Source: Lingula anatina (Eukaryota > Animalia > Brachiopoda). Taken from it: a stretch of DNA of 64,000 nt. The DNA lies in assembly GCA_051362555.1 (NCBI GenBank), contig CM120647.1, positions 620,001 to 684,000 of the forward strand. Direction: 5' to 3'. Numbering within the stretch: the stretch's first letter is position 1; each line of letters starts with the position of its first letter. Positions 11,392-23,700 of the stretch are shown one piece after another. Both the position numbers and the translations under genes were made by a program. The notes under the pieces are model-generated. The model was not told the DNA's origin. It saw only the letters and a program-made list of their open reading frames with translations, and made no database searches.

Positions 11392-12756
11392 GTATTTATG
11401 AATGAACTGGTATCCAGTGAATGTGCTATCTCAATGTGAATAGCCCTGATGGTTAAACAAGTGAAAATGCACCCATATCGCTTCACAAGTTTTCTGCCTT
11501 GTTTAACGTGGAATGATCCAAAGTAGTCGACTCCTGTGTATGTGAATGGCGGGTTTCCAGGTGTGACTCTGCTGGCAGGCAAATTGGCCATCTTCTGTGT
11601 GCTGCAGGGAGATTGTCTTTTTCTGCATATGTAGCAATCATTAATTACTCTGCGGATAGCTGTTCTTGCTCCTAGTATCCAAAATTGTTCCCTTGTCATT
11701 GATAAAACACATTCTCTACCTGAGTGACCTGAATCAATGTGGAACTGTCGGATCAGCAAATCAGCTATGTGATGTCTTGGTAATATCATTTGATGTCTGG
11801 CGTCATGTGGTATTGGAGCTTGAGTCAATCTTCCTCCTACTACAAGTACACCGTCTTCTGACAGCTGAGGGTTCAGACGATGCAGATTTTTGTCTCAATT
11901 TGGCATTGGTAGGGTCTGATTTCTTGAGTGCTGCTATTTCTTCGCTGAATGCTTGTCTCTGTACATATTTGATGATTTCAATACTGGCTCTTTGTAACTC
12001 ATCAACAGTAAGTGATCCACTGTCATTACTTGCATTGACCTGTACTTAAGCTTTTAGCCAGTTTTTGAAACGTAACCACCAAGCTACATCTCTTTTTAGT
12101 CTATACCACGAAGACTGCCTATGAATTATCTTGTCAACAGCCGTGTCTTCTGATCTCTGAGCCTGAGTCACATGTGAGGTGACTTTCACTTCCAGAGCCA
12201 TGTCGTTGTCTGCATGTAATGTGTCACCTGGCAAACTTGGCCACTGCTCTTCATTTTTCCGTAGGAAACTTAGCCCTTCTTTCCATCTCTTGTTATGGAG
12301 AAGTTGGTCTGCTGTTTGTCCCCTTGAAACGTCATCCGCTGGGTTGCTTTTGGAATCCACATAGTGCCACTGGTTCGGCTGTGAACCTTCTCTGATTACT
12401 GCCACTCGATTGGCGACAAAGGTCTTGTACCGATTGTCTTCATTGGTTATGTATCTCAGTACTGTTGCACTATCTGTCCAAAAAACAGACTCTGAAACGC
12501 TGATGTCAATGTGCTTGAGTATCACGTGGTTTAATTTCACTGATAATGTCGCTGCCATTAACTCTAGTTTTGGTATTGTCACTTTCTTGATTGGTGCTAG
12601 TCTTGATTTGGCCATCAATAAACAACAATATACTCTATCTTTACAGACGGTGCGAAGATATGCTACTGTTCCATATGCTGTTTCTGATGCATCAGAAAAG
12701 AAATGTAAAGAATGATCAACTATGTCTGTGTCAACTGAGAATTGCATATGGCTCAT
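11392..12756 (-). pseudogene. pol: BEL/Pao RNase H and integrase N-terminal half
   Basis: LHFFSDASETAYG, AKSRLAP, TIPKLELMAA, FWTDS, FVANRV, NPADDVSRG; HHCC (HIDSGH..CYIC); PFTYTGVDYFG, YGCIFTC, AIHIE. Confidence 0.94.
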
Positions 12757-14737
12757 TCAAACAACTATGTCGTACTTCATGTGGCAATAGAACTGTAGGA
12801 TTGTCTTGACCAATTAGCATAGTAACATCCTTAACATCTACAGGCGGTATTTGCAGATCCTTGAGGTGTGACCACTGCCTTATGTCTGTGGGCGTTGCCA
12901 TGTGTTCTATGTTGATTGGCAGCTGTGTTCTGGTGAATACACGTGGTAGTAACACTTTATCACTTCCTCCAACTTGTTTGACTTCCAAGCTCACCACTGC
13001 AGTCTCCGCTTTACTGTTGGCCCTTTCAAGTGTGGTTAATGACATAGTGGTGCTGGTGATGCTTCTAATCTGTAGAATTCTACATAGTTCGACAGAGCAA
13101 AATGAATGGGTAGATCCACTATCAAGAAGAGCATTTGTTGTTACCTCAATTGGCGAGTCGACTCCTCTGACTGTCACAGGAACTATGGGTAAAACAACTC
13201 TGCTATGGCTCATCTTGCTGCTTGGATGGGAGTCTTGACCTATGTAACCACTGCTACCTTGGGTTGTGTTAGAGGTGCTCTATGATGTGTTAGTTGCAAC
13301 TCCTCCTTGGAAACCTGGCACTGGCATATGGAGAAATTTTGTGTGTCTTTTTCCGCAGTTTGGAACTGAACAGACTCTTTTTAAACCACATTTCTGTGCA
13401 ACATGACCAGGGTTAAGACAATTGTAACACAGCCTGTTCAAACGTACAAATCAACCTTCATGCCTTTGAATATATCACAACCAAAAAGAGAATGACGGCC
13501 ACTGCACTGGGGACAAATCTTATCAGTTTCTGGCCTAGATGTGGTCTGCTGTGGCTGGAAACTGGATGTTGTAGCACTGTAACTGGAGCTCCTGTCTTGA
13601 CCTCTGTTTGGCCTGCTTTTCTGAACTGTTTTCTGTTGATCGAAGGGGTTACCATAAACTGGGTCATTTGCTTCATTAGCTGCATCCTGGACAAACTGAG
13701 AGAGGTCCTCTATAGTGGGTTGTCTGTCCTGTCTGTGTATCCCTAAGACCTGCTTCCTCCATCTGGACTGAAGATAAGCTGGTAACTTTGCTACTATTCT
13801 AACAAGTGCTGACTGGGTGTTGATTTCTTGGAGATGATCACTTGCCTTCAAAGTCTCTAGACATACTTGTAAATCATCAGAAAAGTCTCTTAATGCCAAC
13901 TTATCATTGGGTTTTATGTACGGCCCTTCGGATACCTTCTTTATCCAAGCTTCGGATATAATAAAAGAGTTTCCAAACCTCTGCTTCAGCAAGTCTCTTG
14001 CTCTCTTATACCCCAGGGCCGGCTCCATAGCTAAGCAACATTCAATCACTTTCTTTGCTTTTTCCAGAACAATACTGAACTAACCTCAAAAGTTTTGAAG
14101 CACAGTCAATAGTTTCTTTTTCTACCACACTATCAAATGTACGTATGAAAGACCAATATTTCAGTGGGTTGCCATCAAAACTGCTCATCTCTGTTTTAGG
14201 TAAGAGTGCAATGTCCATTAATCTCTGCTGTATCTGAATGGCACTAGGTACACACTCCTCTGGCTTAACACTTTCAACCCATGCACTTATTTCTTCCTGG
14301 GAATTTGGTTGAACTGCATCATGTTCAGCAAGGTTTTCACTGGTGAGGTCATCACTAATACTCTGGTTACTGTGGCGTGCAGAGAGTAAACTGTCTGGTG
14401 CCTTTTGCTCTAATGCTTCCTCTTCTGCTGCTGTGATAGAAATGTCTGCCTCTAAACGTAAACTTGCCTTCCTCTGTCTCATCTGCAAATCTTCCAATTC
14501 CCGCTTTAACTTAATTTCCATCTCCTCCTTTTCTAGCTGCTGTGCCTTCAGTGCTGCTGCCTCTACCTCTAATAGTTTTCTTCTTGCTGCTAACCTGGCC
14601 TTCTCACTGCTGACTGATACTTTGGTTTTTCTGCTACTAACATGACTACGGGCTATGGCTTTCTGTTTCGATGTATGCAGACGACAGATTGTAGAGGCAT
14701 ACTCGAAGTTAGAGAGAGCGAGAGAGAAGTGACACAA
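12731..14737 (-). pseudogene. gag: BEL/Pao gag and protease (frameshifted ORFs 14042-14737, 13438-14049, 12731-13213)
   Basis: Coiled-coil region, FDGNPLKYWSF, LKQRFGN, KLPAYLQSRW, zinc knuckles near 13340-13520, protease ALLDSGS. Confidence 0.92.
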
Positions 14738-15689
14738 GCGCCATTGGAACTCAACATCCGGGGCTTTATTCTAATAACAAGGTCAAGGTCACTACACAGT
14801 AAACACAGTAGTGTAACATCCCCCTTTTTTGAGGATAAAGCTTAACAAAGAAAGAATGTGCAATAGAAACAATATCAAACATTTTACAGTAATGCACACA
14901 CTATTTCAGTTCTCAACAGTTACAGTTCAGTTCATGTAAAGCAAATGTTCATATGCAGAATCCTGATAAAGAATTGATGAAACTTTCATCAGTTAAGTTG
15001 AAACAGTAATAAATGTCAGTTTGAACTTTGAGTTTTATGATTTATGTTGTCCCTCAACATCAACAAATGAACAGTATCTGCACAACACGAAGTTCAAGTT
15101 AGAAACATTACTTGACTTGCTATGAACAAAATCACTTTGGAACAAAATCTTTAAGACATACAGGCTTTTTAACTGTTCTAGTAGATATACGCGTAGGCAC
15201 AGTTGCCTTCTGAGACTTATTAATAGGGGTGTGTGGACTATACTATATGGTAGGGGTGACAGGTTATGTCCTTTACACTGGGAATGGCAAAAATAAGCAT
15301 TTTGGTAAGTTCCAAACACATAAAGGGTCTGTTCATTTTTGTATTAAATACACTACTGCAGTACCTTGTCATTATACCTTTCTGGGGTTCAATATGATTA
15401 TAACAATATCAGGTACAATTTGATACCCATACAGTCTGCCTTCAAAAGTAAATTTGTCCATATATTTTTATCTGTATCCTCTATATTAATGTAAACATTT
15501 TATGTTGAAAGTAACCCTTATTGATAGCTCGTAATTACTTGCTCTAGGATCAATTTTATTATCGATATGGCTCGTGGCATATCCACCCAGGCTATTCATT
15601 GGGCCTATGCTGGATGCATATGTTCCTTGTATATGTGTATATTTTTATGCATATCTCATATATCCGTTTACTTACTTGAATTACCAGGT

Positions 15690-16900
15690 CAGGAAATTTT
15701 GCCATATGTACCTTAAGCTACCTCTGTGTGGTCCTATTAGTTTCCTTTGTCTTTAAGTTACCAAGTTACCAAGGCCAAGGAGTAGGCGGTCTAGGACGTT
15801 GGATGCCTCCAATGTGTGCTCTTCTTCCAGCAAAAGACAATTGGCTACTGGTGGAAAGAAGCCGAGAGACACCACCGCACTTTCTTCTGAGACAGAATCA
15901 ACGGCTACTTCACCGGTTAATGACGATTTGTTGACACAGAGCATTATTGCTGATCAAAATGCATCAAACACAGATATTCCGAGCGCTACTACTTCTTCTG
16001 GCTCCTCCCTGCAAGAGACCAACGTTCAACAGCAAATACCCAGTATCAGCAGTCTGGTCGACAATGTTTTTACAGGTGAGAGTCATGTCACTTCATCTCT
16101 ACCTATTCATTTAACTGATGGCATTCCGTTATGAGCTATTATTCTACTCCAACTGAAACAAAAAATTGGAACACTGAGTTGATAGACTCCTTCCCTCCAA
16201 ACATAATGATGATTTCGCTATCAAGGTCCAGTCGATGAAATTTGCAGAAATTGCCTATTACCCTTTACACATGGATTGATGCCTTTTTGTTTTTTTCAGC
16301 GAATTTCTAACAAACATTTCCATATGATTCTGAAAACTTACTTAATTTCGGTTCAACTATTAGAGAATTAAGTACGCTACAGTACCTGATGCTAATCCTT
16401 GGCGTATTTAAGATGACGCCTTTCGCAAATTACGAGCGACAACACTGCTCATGTGGGAAAAAGTAATCCCTGAGTTTGGGTTAAAAGTGGCAACCATGAA
16501 TACCCCCCCCCCCCCCCCCCTTTCGACTTCCCTTTCGTGAAGGCATCTGTTTTGCCTTTAATAAAGGGGAAAATGTGCTTTTAGTCCATGTCAATACAAC
16601 ACTGTTGACAGCCCTGCCGGGGATCTTATCTGAAAAATCATATGTCTCCAAAACCCCGCCTACAAATTTTTCTCCCAGCTCCAATAGTTCATTTCCAGTT
16701 ACAGGTGAACTTCAAGGTTATGATACACATAAGGTAATTTTTCTCATCAATAGTATTTCAAAGGGTTTCTGCCTTCATTTCACCACAACTCCTAGCATCC
16801 GCGCTCTTCATAACCATTTATCAGCTCGTACTCATCCTGAAGTGATTTTGAATTACAGTGAATCGGGTTTATTCTCAGAGCGGATTGCTGGCCCATTTTA
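15690..16900 (+). mobile_element. DIRS/Ngaro-like tyrosine-recombinase retrotransposon relic (gag-like ORF1 and start of RT), truncated by a HINE
   Basis: Degenerate frames give FTGE, IPL-AII--QLKQKIW, WIDAF, WR--D-AFRKLR, ICFAFNKG plus a Cys/His cluster, then LQGYD..FL...GF.L...NHLSARTHPEV...ERIAGPF typical of the DIRS-order RT N-terminus. Confidence 0.78.
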
Positions 16901-17754
16901 ATGTACAGACACAGATGTGTCTGTACATATAGCCGTCATCTGCGTCTGTCGTCGTCTCCGTGCACTTTTACCGATTACACGATAAGCTTGTTACTTACAG
17001 AATTGATGAATATTCATAATACGCAGGTCAACTTCGAAAATCAGCATGATCGGGCCATTTTTAGGGAAGTTATGCTGTTTTTTTCACTTTTTTCAACATA
17101 TATGCAACATTGATAACACAATATAAGAAAAACAGATTGGCCAATTGTCATTATACTCACAGGAGTGGTCAATCTTACTAAAATGCAGGTTGAGTTCGAA
17201 AATCAGCATAATCGTACCATTATTTTAGAAGTAATACTGTTTTTTTCACATTTCCTCAGATTCAATTCTTAGGCATGTGAACAGTCTCATTATTGAAGTA
17301 ATAAGATACGTAAATGTGTTTGTTTGATATTTCCTGCATCTTTACAACATTGTTAGTTGATTATGTAAAAATGATAGTAAACTTGGTATCATGTATTGTG
17401 TAATAAAGTGTCAAAAATGGAAATAAACTCATATGATTGCAGTTTGTCAGATTCAATCGTCCACTATGTTCAGAATCTCAGGATGGAGGAAATTGGACAT
17501 TTAACACTGTTCTATGGATACTTTTCCCATCTTATCAATTTTCTTAGTTGGTCATATAAAAATGGCAGTAAGATGTTTATTTTGTTTTATGTTAAAAAAG
17601 TGTTAAAAATGGAAATAAACCCATTTCAGAACAGTGCTGTCTTGTTAGTAGTTAGAAGGTACTTCAGCGTACAAAAGAAAATGACGTTAAATGACGTAAA
17701 ACCTTTTGTTTTAATGACGTAACAGGACAAAGAAAAATTATAGCGTACAATGGG

Positions 17755-18122
17755 GCATGTTTACGTGTCGCCATGGTAATTTGATGACGTCACTTGATTG
17801 TTTACACGTCACTATGGCGATTTGATGACGAGTCTGGGCACGTCTCCTGATTGTTTATGTGTCGCCATGGTAATTTGATGACGTCACAGGATTGTTTACG
17901 CGTTGCTATGGCAATTTGATGACGAGTCTGGGCATGTTCCTTGATTGATTTCGGGTTGCCATGGTAATTTGATGACGTCACAGGATTGTTTACGCGTCGC
18001 TATGGCGATATGATGACGTATATGGACATGTTTATTGATTGTTTATGTTTTGCCGTGGTAACTTGATGACGTCACTAGATTCTATAAAAGCAGAAGAGAA
18101 AGAGCTATTTGACTATATCAGT
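17755..18122 (+). promoter_or_regulatory. 94-bp-period tandem array of CRE and RFX X-box-like motifs followed by a TATA box
   Basis: TGACGTCA at 17785, 17879, 17973, 18067; repeated GTYGCCATGGTAA/GTTGCTATGGCAA motifs; TATAAAAG at 18083-18090; TCAGT at 18118. Confidence 0.8.
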
Positions 18123-18163
18123 ATAAATCCTGACATAAAGTGTACATACACTCCACCAGCATA

Positions 18164-18556
18164 ATGTCTCGATTCTTCAAACTCAGTGATGATCTCATGA
18201 TTACTGTTTGTCAGAGCAAGCAAGGGGTTGCTTTGATTGTCTTCAGCGAATTGAATACAATGAACAAGATTCGGCTGTTGATAGAGGCATGGCAAGATTT
18301 CCAACAGATTGTACCTGTTGTTCAAGCTGCTATGAAAGAGGACACTGAAATAGACCAGCAGGTGGGAGAAAACCATGGCGTCCAGGTGATGTACGACATC
18401 GAGAAGGAGGAATTGCTGTTGAAGATCGTTTACCAACCAGTAAGTCAGGCTTATGCTCCGATATACGATGTAACAATTGATAAAAGCACATGGGAAGCAC
18501 TGCTGACCAAAGTAACTGAAATAAATGAGGCACGTAATCCCTCCGACATCGACTAG
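18164..18556 (+). CDS. 130-aa ORF, possibly a tandem PC4-like (ssDNA-binding) fold, in the Maverick-like fragment
   Basis: ATG 81 nt after the TATA box. Two similar beta-beta-beta-helix-like halves ending IRLLIEAWQDFQQIVPVV and VTIDKSTWEALLTKVTEI, resembling the PC4 I-x-L-x3-W-x2-L helix motif. Confidence 0.55.
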   Translation: MSRFFKLSDDLMITVCQSKQGVALIVFSELNTMNKIRLLIEAWQDFQQIVPVVQAAMKEDTEIDQQVGENHGVQVMYDIEKEELLLKIVYQPVSQAYAPIYDVTIDKSTWEALLTKVTEINEARNPSDID

Positions 18557-18657
18557 TTCCGAGTCCAAAACTGGCGACGATAAAATGTTCGGGGCAGAGA
18601 ACGACGTAGAGGCAGATGTAGCGTTAGTTAGTCTCATCTACGTGAAGTTCATTGTGA

Positions 18658-18820
18658 AGAATTACTGAATTACTGTCCATACAAGGAAGGTTCTGCACTG
18701 GATGCATAGCCGATCACGGATCCCAAAAGCATCACATGGATGGATGCATGGCAGACTGGGACGTTTCGGTACACATCTACTTCACCAGGGCAAAAGCTGC
18801 TGTGAGCCATGGAGAAATAC
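18658..18820 (+). pseudogene. Cys/His zinc-binding motif continuation, truncated
   Basis: Frame of the 18736 ORF reads FCTGCIADHGSQKHHMDGCMADWDVSVHIYF (C-x2-C-x3-H-x-SQ-x2-H-x3-C), then runs into HINE repeat at ~18821. Confidence 0.6.
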
Positions 18821-20753
18821 TTTTTTCAGCATATATGCAACACCGTAAACACAATAAGTGGAAAACGGTTTTACCTTTTGGTTTGAAACTTACAGAACTG
18901 ATGAGTATTTATAATACGCAGGTCAAGTTCGAAAATCAGCATGATAGAGCCTTTTTTATGGAAGTTATGCTGTTTTTTCATTTTTTTTTCAGCATATATG
19001 CAACACTGATAACACAATATAAGAAAAACAGATTGGCCAATTGTCATTGTACTCACAGGAGTGGTCAATCTTACTAAAACATAGCTTGAGTATGAAAATC
19101 AGCATAATCGGGCCATTATTTTAGAAGTTATGCTTTTTTTTTCACATTTCCTCAGATTCAATTCTTAGGCATGTTAATAGTCTCATTATTGAACTAATAA
19201 AATGCGTAAAAGTGTTTGTTTGACATTTCCTGCATCTTTACAACATTGTCAGTTGATTATGTAAAAATGATAGTAAATTTGTTATTGTGTATTGTGTAAT
19301 GAAGTGTCAAAAATGGAAATAAACACATATCATTGCAGTTTGTCAGATTCAATCATCCACTATGTTCAGAATCTCAGAATGGAGAAAATTGGACATTTAA
19401 CACTGTTCTATTGATACTTTTCCCATCTCATCAATTTTCTTAGTTGGTCATATAAAAATGGCAGTAAACTGTTAATTTTGTTTTATGTTAAAAAAGTGTG
19501 TTAAAAATGGAAATAAACCCATTTCAGAAAAGTGCTGTCATGTTAACATTTTGGCATTTTCAAGATGTGACTTTAAAGTGCCATGGTCCTGAAGACCTTT
19601 GCTAGTCACATTTTCTGAATATCCATGATACTAATATTTTATTATTAAAATTGATGGTTATTATGCTGTTAATCATTATGTAATATTGCATCAAAATTTG
19701 AAGAAACCCCTATTTTGGGCACTGCTCCCATGATGACCATTAAGGAAAATCATGTCACTCACTGTTCTCAAACTTACAGGAAAGAAACATGGGACTAAAA
19801 TATAGCTTCAGTAGGCAATGCAGTCTGTTTGGTAATTTTTTCTGGCAGTAAAACAATTTTTGTGAAAATTTAATTTTTCACTTATTGGCATTTTCAAGGT
19901 GTGACTTTAAAGTTCCATGATCCTGAAGACCTTTGCTTGTCACATTTTCTGAATGTCCATGTTACTAATATTCCATTATTAAAAATTGATGGTCATTATG
20001 CTGTTTTAAAAGCATTATGTAATGTTGCATCTAAATAGAAGAAAAGACAAATTTTGGTGCTGCTGCCATGATGACCATTATGGGAAAACCGTGTTATGAC
20101 TGTCAAACCTTTAAAAAAGAAACACAGGACTTAAATGCAGAATGAGTTGGAAAAGCAGTCTAATTGGCTTCTTTTTCTGGAAGTTATACATTTGAGTGAA
20201 ATATTCATTATCTATTTGGCATATTCATTGTGGGACTCGGTGCTCCCATGGACATGAAGCCAAATGGTAATCAAATTTTCTACATGTCCATGCTATTTAT
20301 TGTCAATAATCAAAAATTGGTGATAATTATTCTATAATTTATTATGTAATGTTACATCAAATTTGACAACAATATTTTTGCATTGCTACTGCAAACATTA
20401 TGAAAAGAAAACTGTGTTACTTATTATTATTTTTAACTTACAGGTATGATTTTTAGGATTGGCATGTGTTACTGCCAGAGCAGTGTTTTATAGATAAATT
20501 TTATTTCTTTACTTCGGACGCGCTACTCACTTGTTTGTCGCATCGGTGTTGAATAACAATTGTTTTTAGCGCGCTTATGATAATGGAAGTAATATTCTAA
20601 GATGGGCTAGGGGATTTTGCCAATAGAGGGCTTCGTGTGAAAACTAGTTATTTTTCATACCACTTGGTGCGCTGTATTCCCATTCACAAAATGATGACGT
20701 AGACATATTAAGCTGAAAATAGCGGTAAACTTGACAGCAAAGAAGGTCCTATT

Positions 20754-23700
20754 CAGCCCGGGAGCCACCGGCTCATATGACGGTTATTTTGGAGAACTTT
20801 AGATTTGGCCTCGTTTTCAAAACCTGAAGCGGCGGCCTACACAGATTTGGCGGGAGAAGCAGGCATAGAGACAGGTAAGATGAACAGACGTTTATACGCT
20901 GACATGTTGATAATTTTACTAATGCACTTGACAGAACGATAAAGTATATTCTCAAGCTATGTTTTATATACCAAAGTAGTGTTTAAGTATCGGTTTCACT
21001 GAATCTTCTGTCAAGTTACTGTCGTGTTCCAAAATGGCGGCACACAGAACCCAAATGTAAACACGTTCTTTTGAATTGTGCCAAATGCAGATAACAGTGA
21101 TTTTTCTTTATCTGTTCAGTTTTTTTAATAGTTTGACATTTGATTTTGAACAGGTAAAAAATTTAGGTAGGAACCTAACCTGTAACTTATTGATTTTCTA
21201 CATTTCCGACAGGTAGTATATTTTGCAATGTTCAGTGTAACTACATGGGCAGTCTTGTGTTACATCTTGAATGAATGTCGTAGTTAAATATTGAATTTTT
21301 GCATTTTCATGCAATTTTTTTGTGTTTTGAAGTTAACTAGATTAAATACTTCATGAAATGACAGTGTGTGTGGTTGGGGCGATCACAGTAGAGTGAATGT
21401 GGGGGCAGTCTTGCCTCATGTCTTGTATGAATGTCACAATAAAATATTGAGTATTTGCATTCTTATGCTTTTTTTTTTTGTGCTTTGTTGTTTATTAATA
21501 GAAATGGCTTGCAAAATGACATGTAGTATAATTGATTCTGTATAGATAGATATATAATGAGAGGGGGATAGGTCACTTTTGAGGATATGAAAGCCATTTT
21601 TTAGATATTCTGCATATTCCTTTTCATGCTATTTCTTTGCATTTTGATTTAAGTAAGATGAAAAAAACAAAAAAAAAAATAAAAAAATAAAGTAATATTT
21701 TGAAATTTCCATGAAAAAGGAGTGAAACTTGTATAAACTGATAAAAAATATTTATCAGTTATTTATTATTATCATGTACAAGAATGCCCAAAAAACAATT
21801 ATAACAATTAAGATGTCAGTGTTACAAAGCTGAATATACATGTACATTGCCAAGTAGTGAGTAGCTTTTCGTATCAATTTGTTGGTATATATCACTTGAA
21901 CATATTTTTTTATTTTATCATAAAGTGAATAATATATCATGCCCAAGAGAAAGCTTAGCTAGGACATTTACCCATGTGTTTTCCTTGTGGTCCCTGTCCA
22001 AGGTGTGGGAAAGTCGATTTATAGTTGTTGGATGTTGATGTCAGTGAAAAGCAGTGTTATCTGCCCTGCATGTGTGTGCATGGTATGAGTGTGGGGCCAC
22101 ACATGCTTGTAAATTATAGTTGTGAAAGATACAAAATTGAAAACCAACCACAAGCATCTTTTTAAAAATATGAATAACAAATTTTGACTTTTAACATGTT
22201 TGCCCCTTTGGCAGGGCACAAATGTACGATATCAATATGGGGGAAAACTTGTTAGTCAAAATGAGTTTTATTACATTTTTTACCCCCATTTGTTGACCAT
22301 TTGCAATACATACGTGCATACTGTGCATCATAAAATGCCAAGTGCTATAACATTGTGTATATGTTTTCAAATTGTGATAGCCATCATAGGCAAATTTTTG
22401 TTCGAAGGAACAGTTTATTTTTGTTTAAAATCTCCCACACACACAAACACATAGGTTATAAGTATGTGAGGGAAAAATGTTTCATGAAAAAAAGAACATT
22501 ATATTAACAAAATTCCTCCTTTGTTTTAACTTATAAATATTGTGTACCAGTACAATAATTAGTGTATTATAGTTGTGAACACTGTAGTTTGTAGACTTCA
22601 GAGCTTCATTTAAATGGGAATTTAATTGATTTGAAGATTAGCATGTTTGCCACTGCTCAGCTCTTGATGATGAGCTCATTGATCAATATCGATACACTTT
22701 TAGAGTACTGTTTTAGATAATTCGATTGATACCAGCTTCCCTATTATCAAGATTGTGGTTTATTATTTATACTGATTTTAGTGTGTGTTGTTGTTGTTGT
22801 GTGTGTGTAAAGATATATGCAGTTAGAAAAGTGTTTTTGAATGTTAGTTTTTAAATCTTTTTAATGTTTTAATCTAATATTTTTCTAGGCTTGAAGAACA
22901 TGAAAGGGACCAGGATTAATCATTTTGCCATTCCTTGGCAATTATGACAGAAGCTCAAGCAGCTATCATGAAGCCATAAATAAAGCTATTTAATCCTTTT
23001 AAAACTGAAAACATTCTTTTAAAACTTGGTTACAGTTCTTTCTAATGAATAAAATACATTAACAGATTCATGTAACATCATTAAATGTGAAAGTTTTTAA
23101 ATGAAGTTTGGCTGTGAAATCACCACTATGACACTTACAGAAATAAATTCAAATGAAAATATAGACTGGTACAGGACTAACTGGTATCAGTGAAATAAAT
23201 TTCTGATCCCAGGTAAATTAATAAAGTAAAAAATAATTTTTGCCACAAATATACATGTATATTTGCATCAGCTTTAATCCCTGTTGGCTTTCACAATATT
23301 GATATTTTTGTTGATGATATTATGTTTTAAATGTTATATAGTGGTTCATATGTAACAAAAAAAAAGCAAATTAAATTGATAAAAAAAGTCTTGTTTGTTT
23401 TGTTTTTATTATTATTTCAATAAAAAGAAACTGGCAGCGGATGGCCTCATGTAATAGATAAATGTTTATTTACAAAAAAAAAAAAAGAAATGTTTGTATT
23501 TTCATATTTCCTCCATTCTTCCTGTGCAAGCTTCTCTTCTCTATATAGACAATATTGTGCGGGTGGGGAATTCAAAACGAGGTTAGATTACAACATGATT
23601 GTACTAAGTCAAAACGAGGCTGCCTTACGGTTGTTGCAAGTACGATTTTTTTTTACATACACGGGTGTGAATTGATTTGTGCCATTCCTGGATAACGGTA

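Larger units (their letters stand above)
6867..15277 (-). mobile_element. BEL/Pao LTR retrotransposon 1, degenerate, RT deleted, interrupted by a CMC-like element
   Basis: 62-bp identical LTR segment at 6867-6928 and 15217-15278 ending TTTACA (TGTAAA on minus); PPT-like GGGGCCGG on minus at 6928-6935; BEL gag, PR, RH and IN ORFs between. Outer boundary of the left LTR and TSD not resolved. Confidence 0.9.
17647..18820 (+). mobile_element. Probable Maverick/Polinton left terminal fragment
   Basis: Starts AGTAGTT exactly where the HINE repeat GTGCTGTCTTGTT is interrupted (uninterrupted copy at ~55035); subterminal tandem repeats; intronless ORFs; right end missing. Confidence 0.68.

Noticed and set aside
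17755-18080. Possible CRISPR-like repeat-spacer array
   Set aside because: The spacers are themselves repeated with a 94-bp period, there are no cas genes, and the context is eukaryotic.
18113-18637. 174-aa minus-strand ORF
   Set aside because: Antisense shadow of the + strand ORF that has TATA and ATG support; no recognisable motifs.
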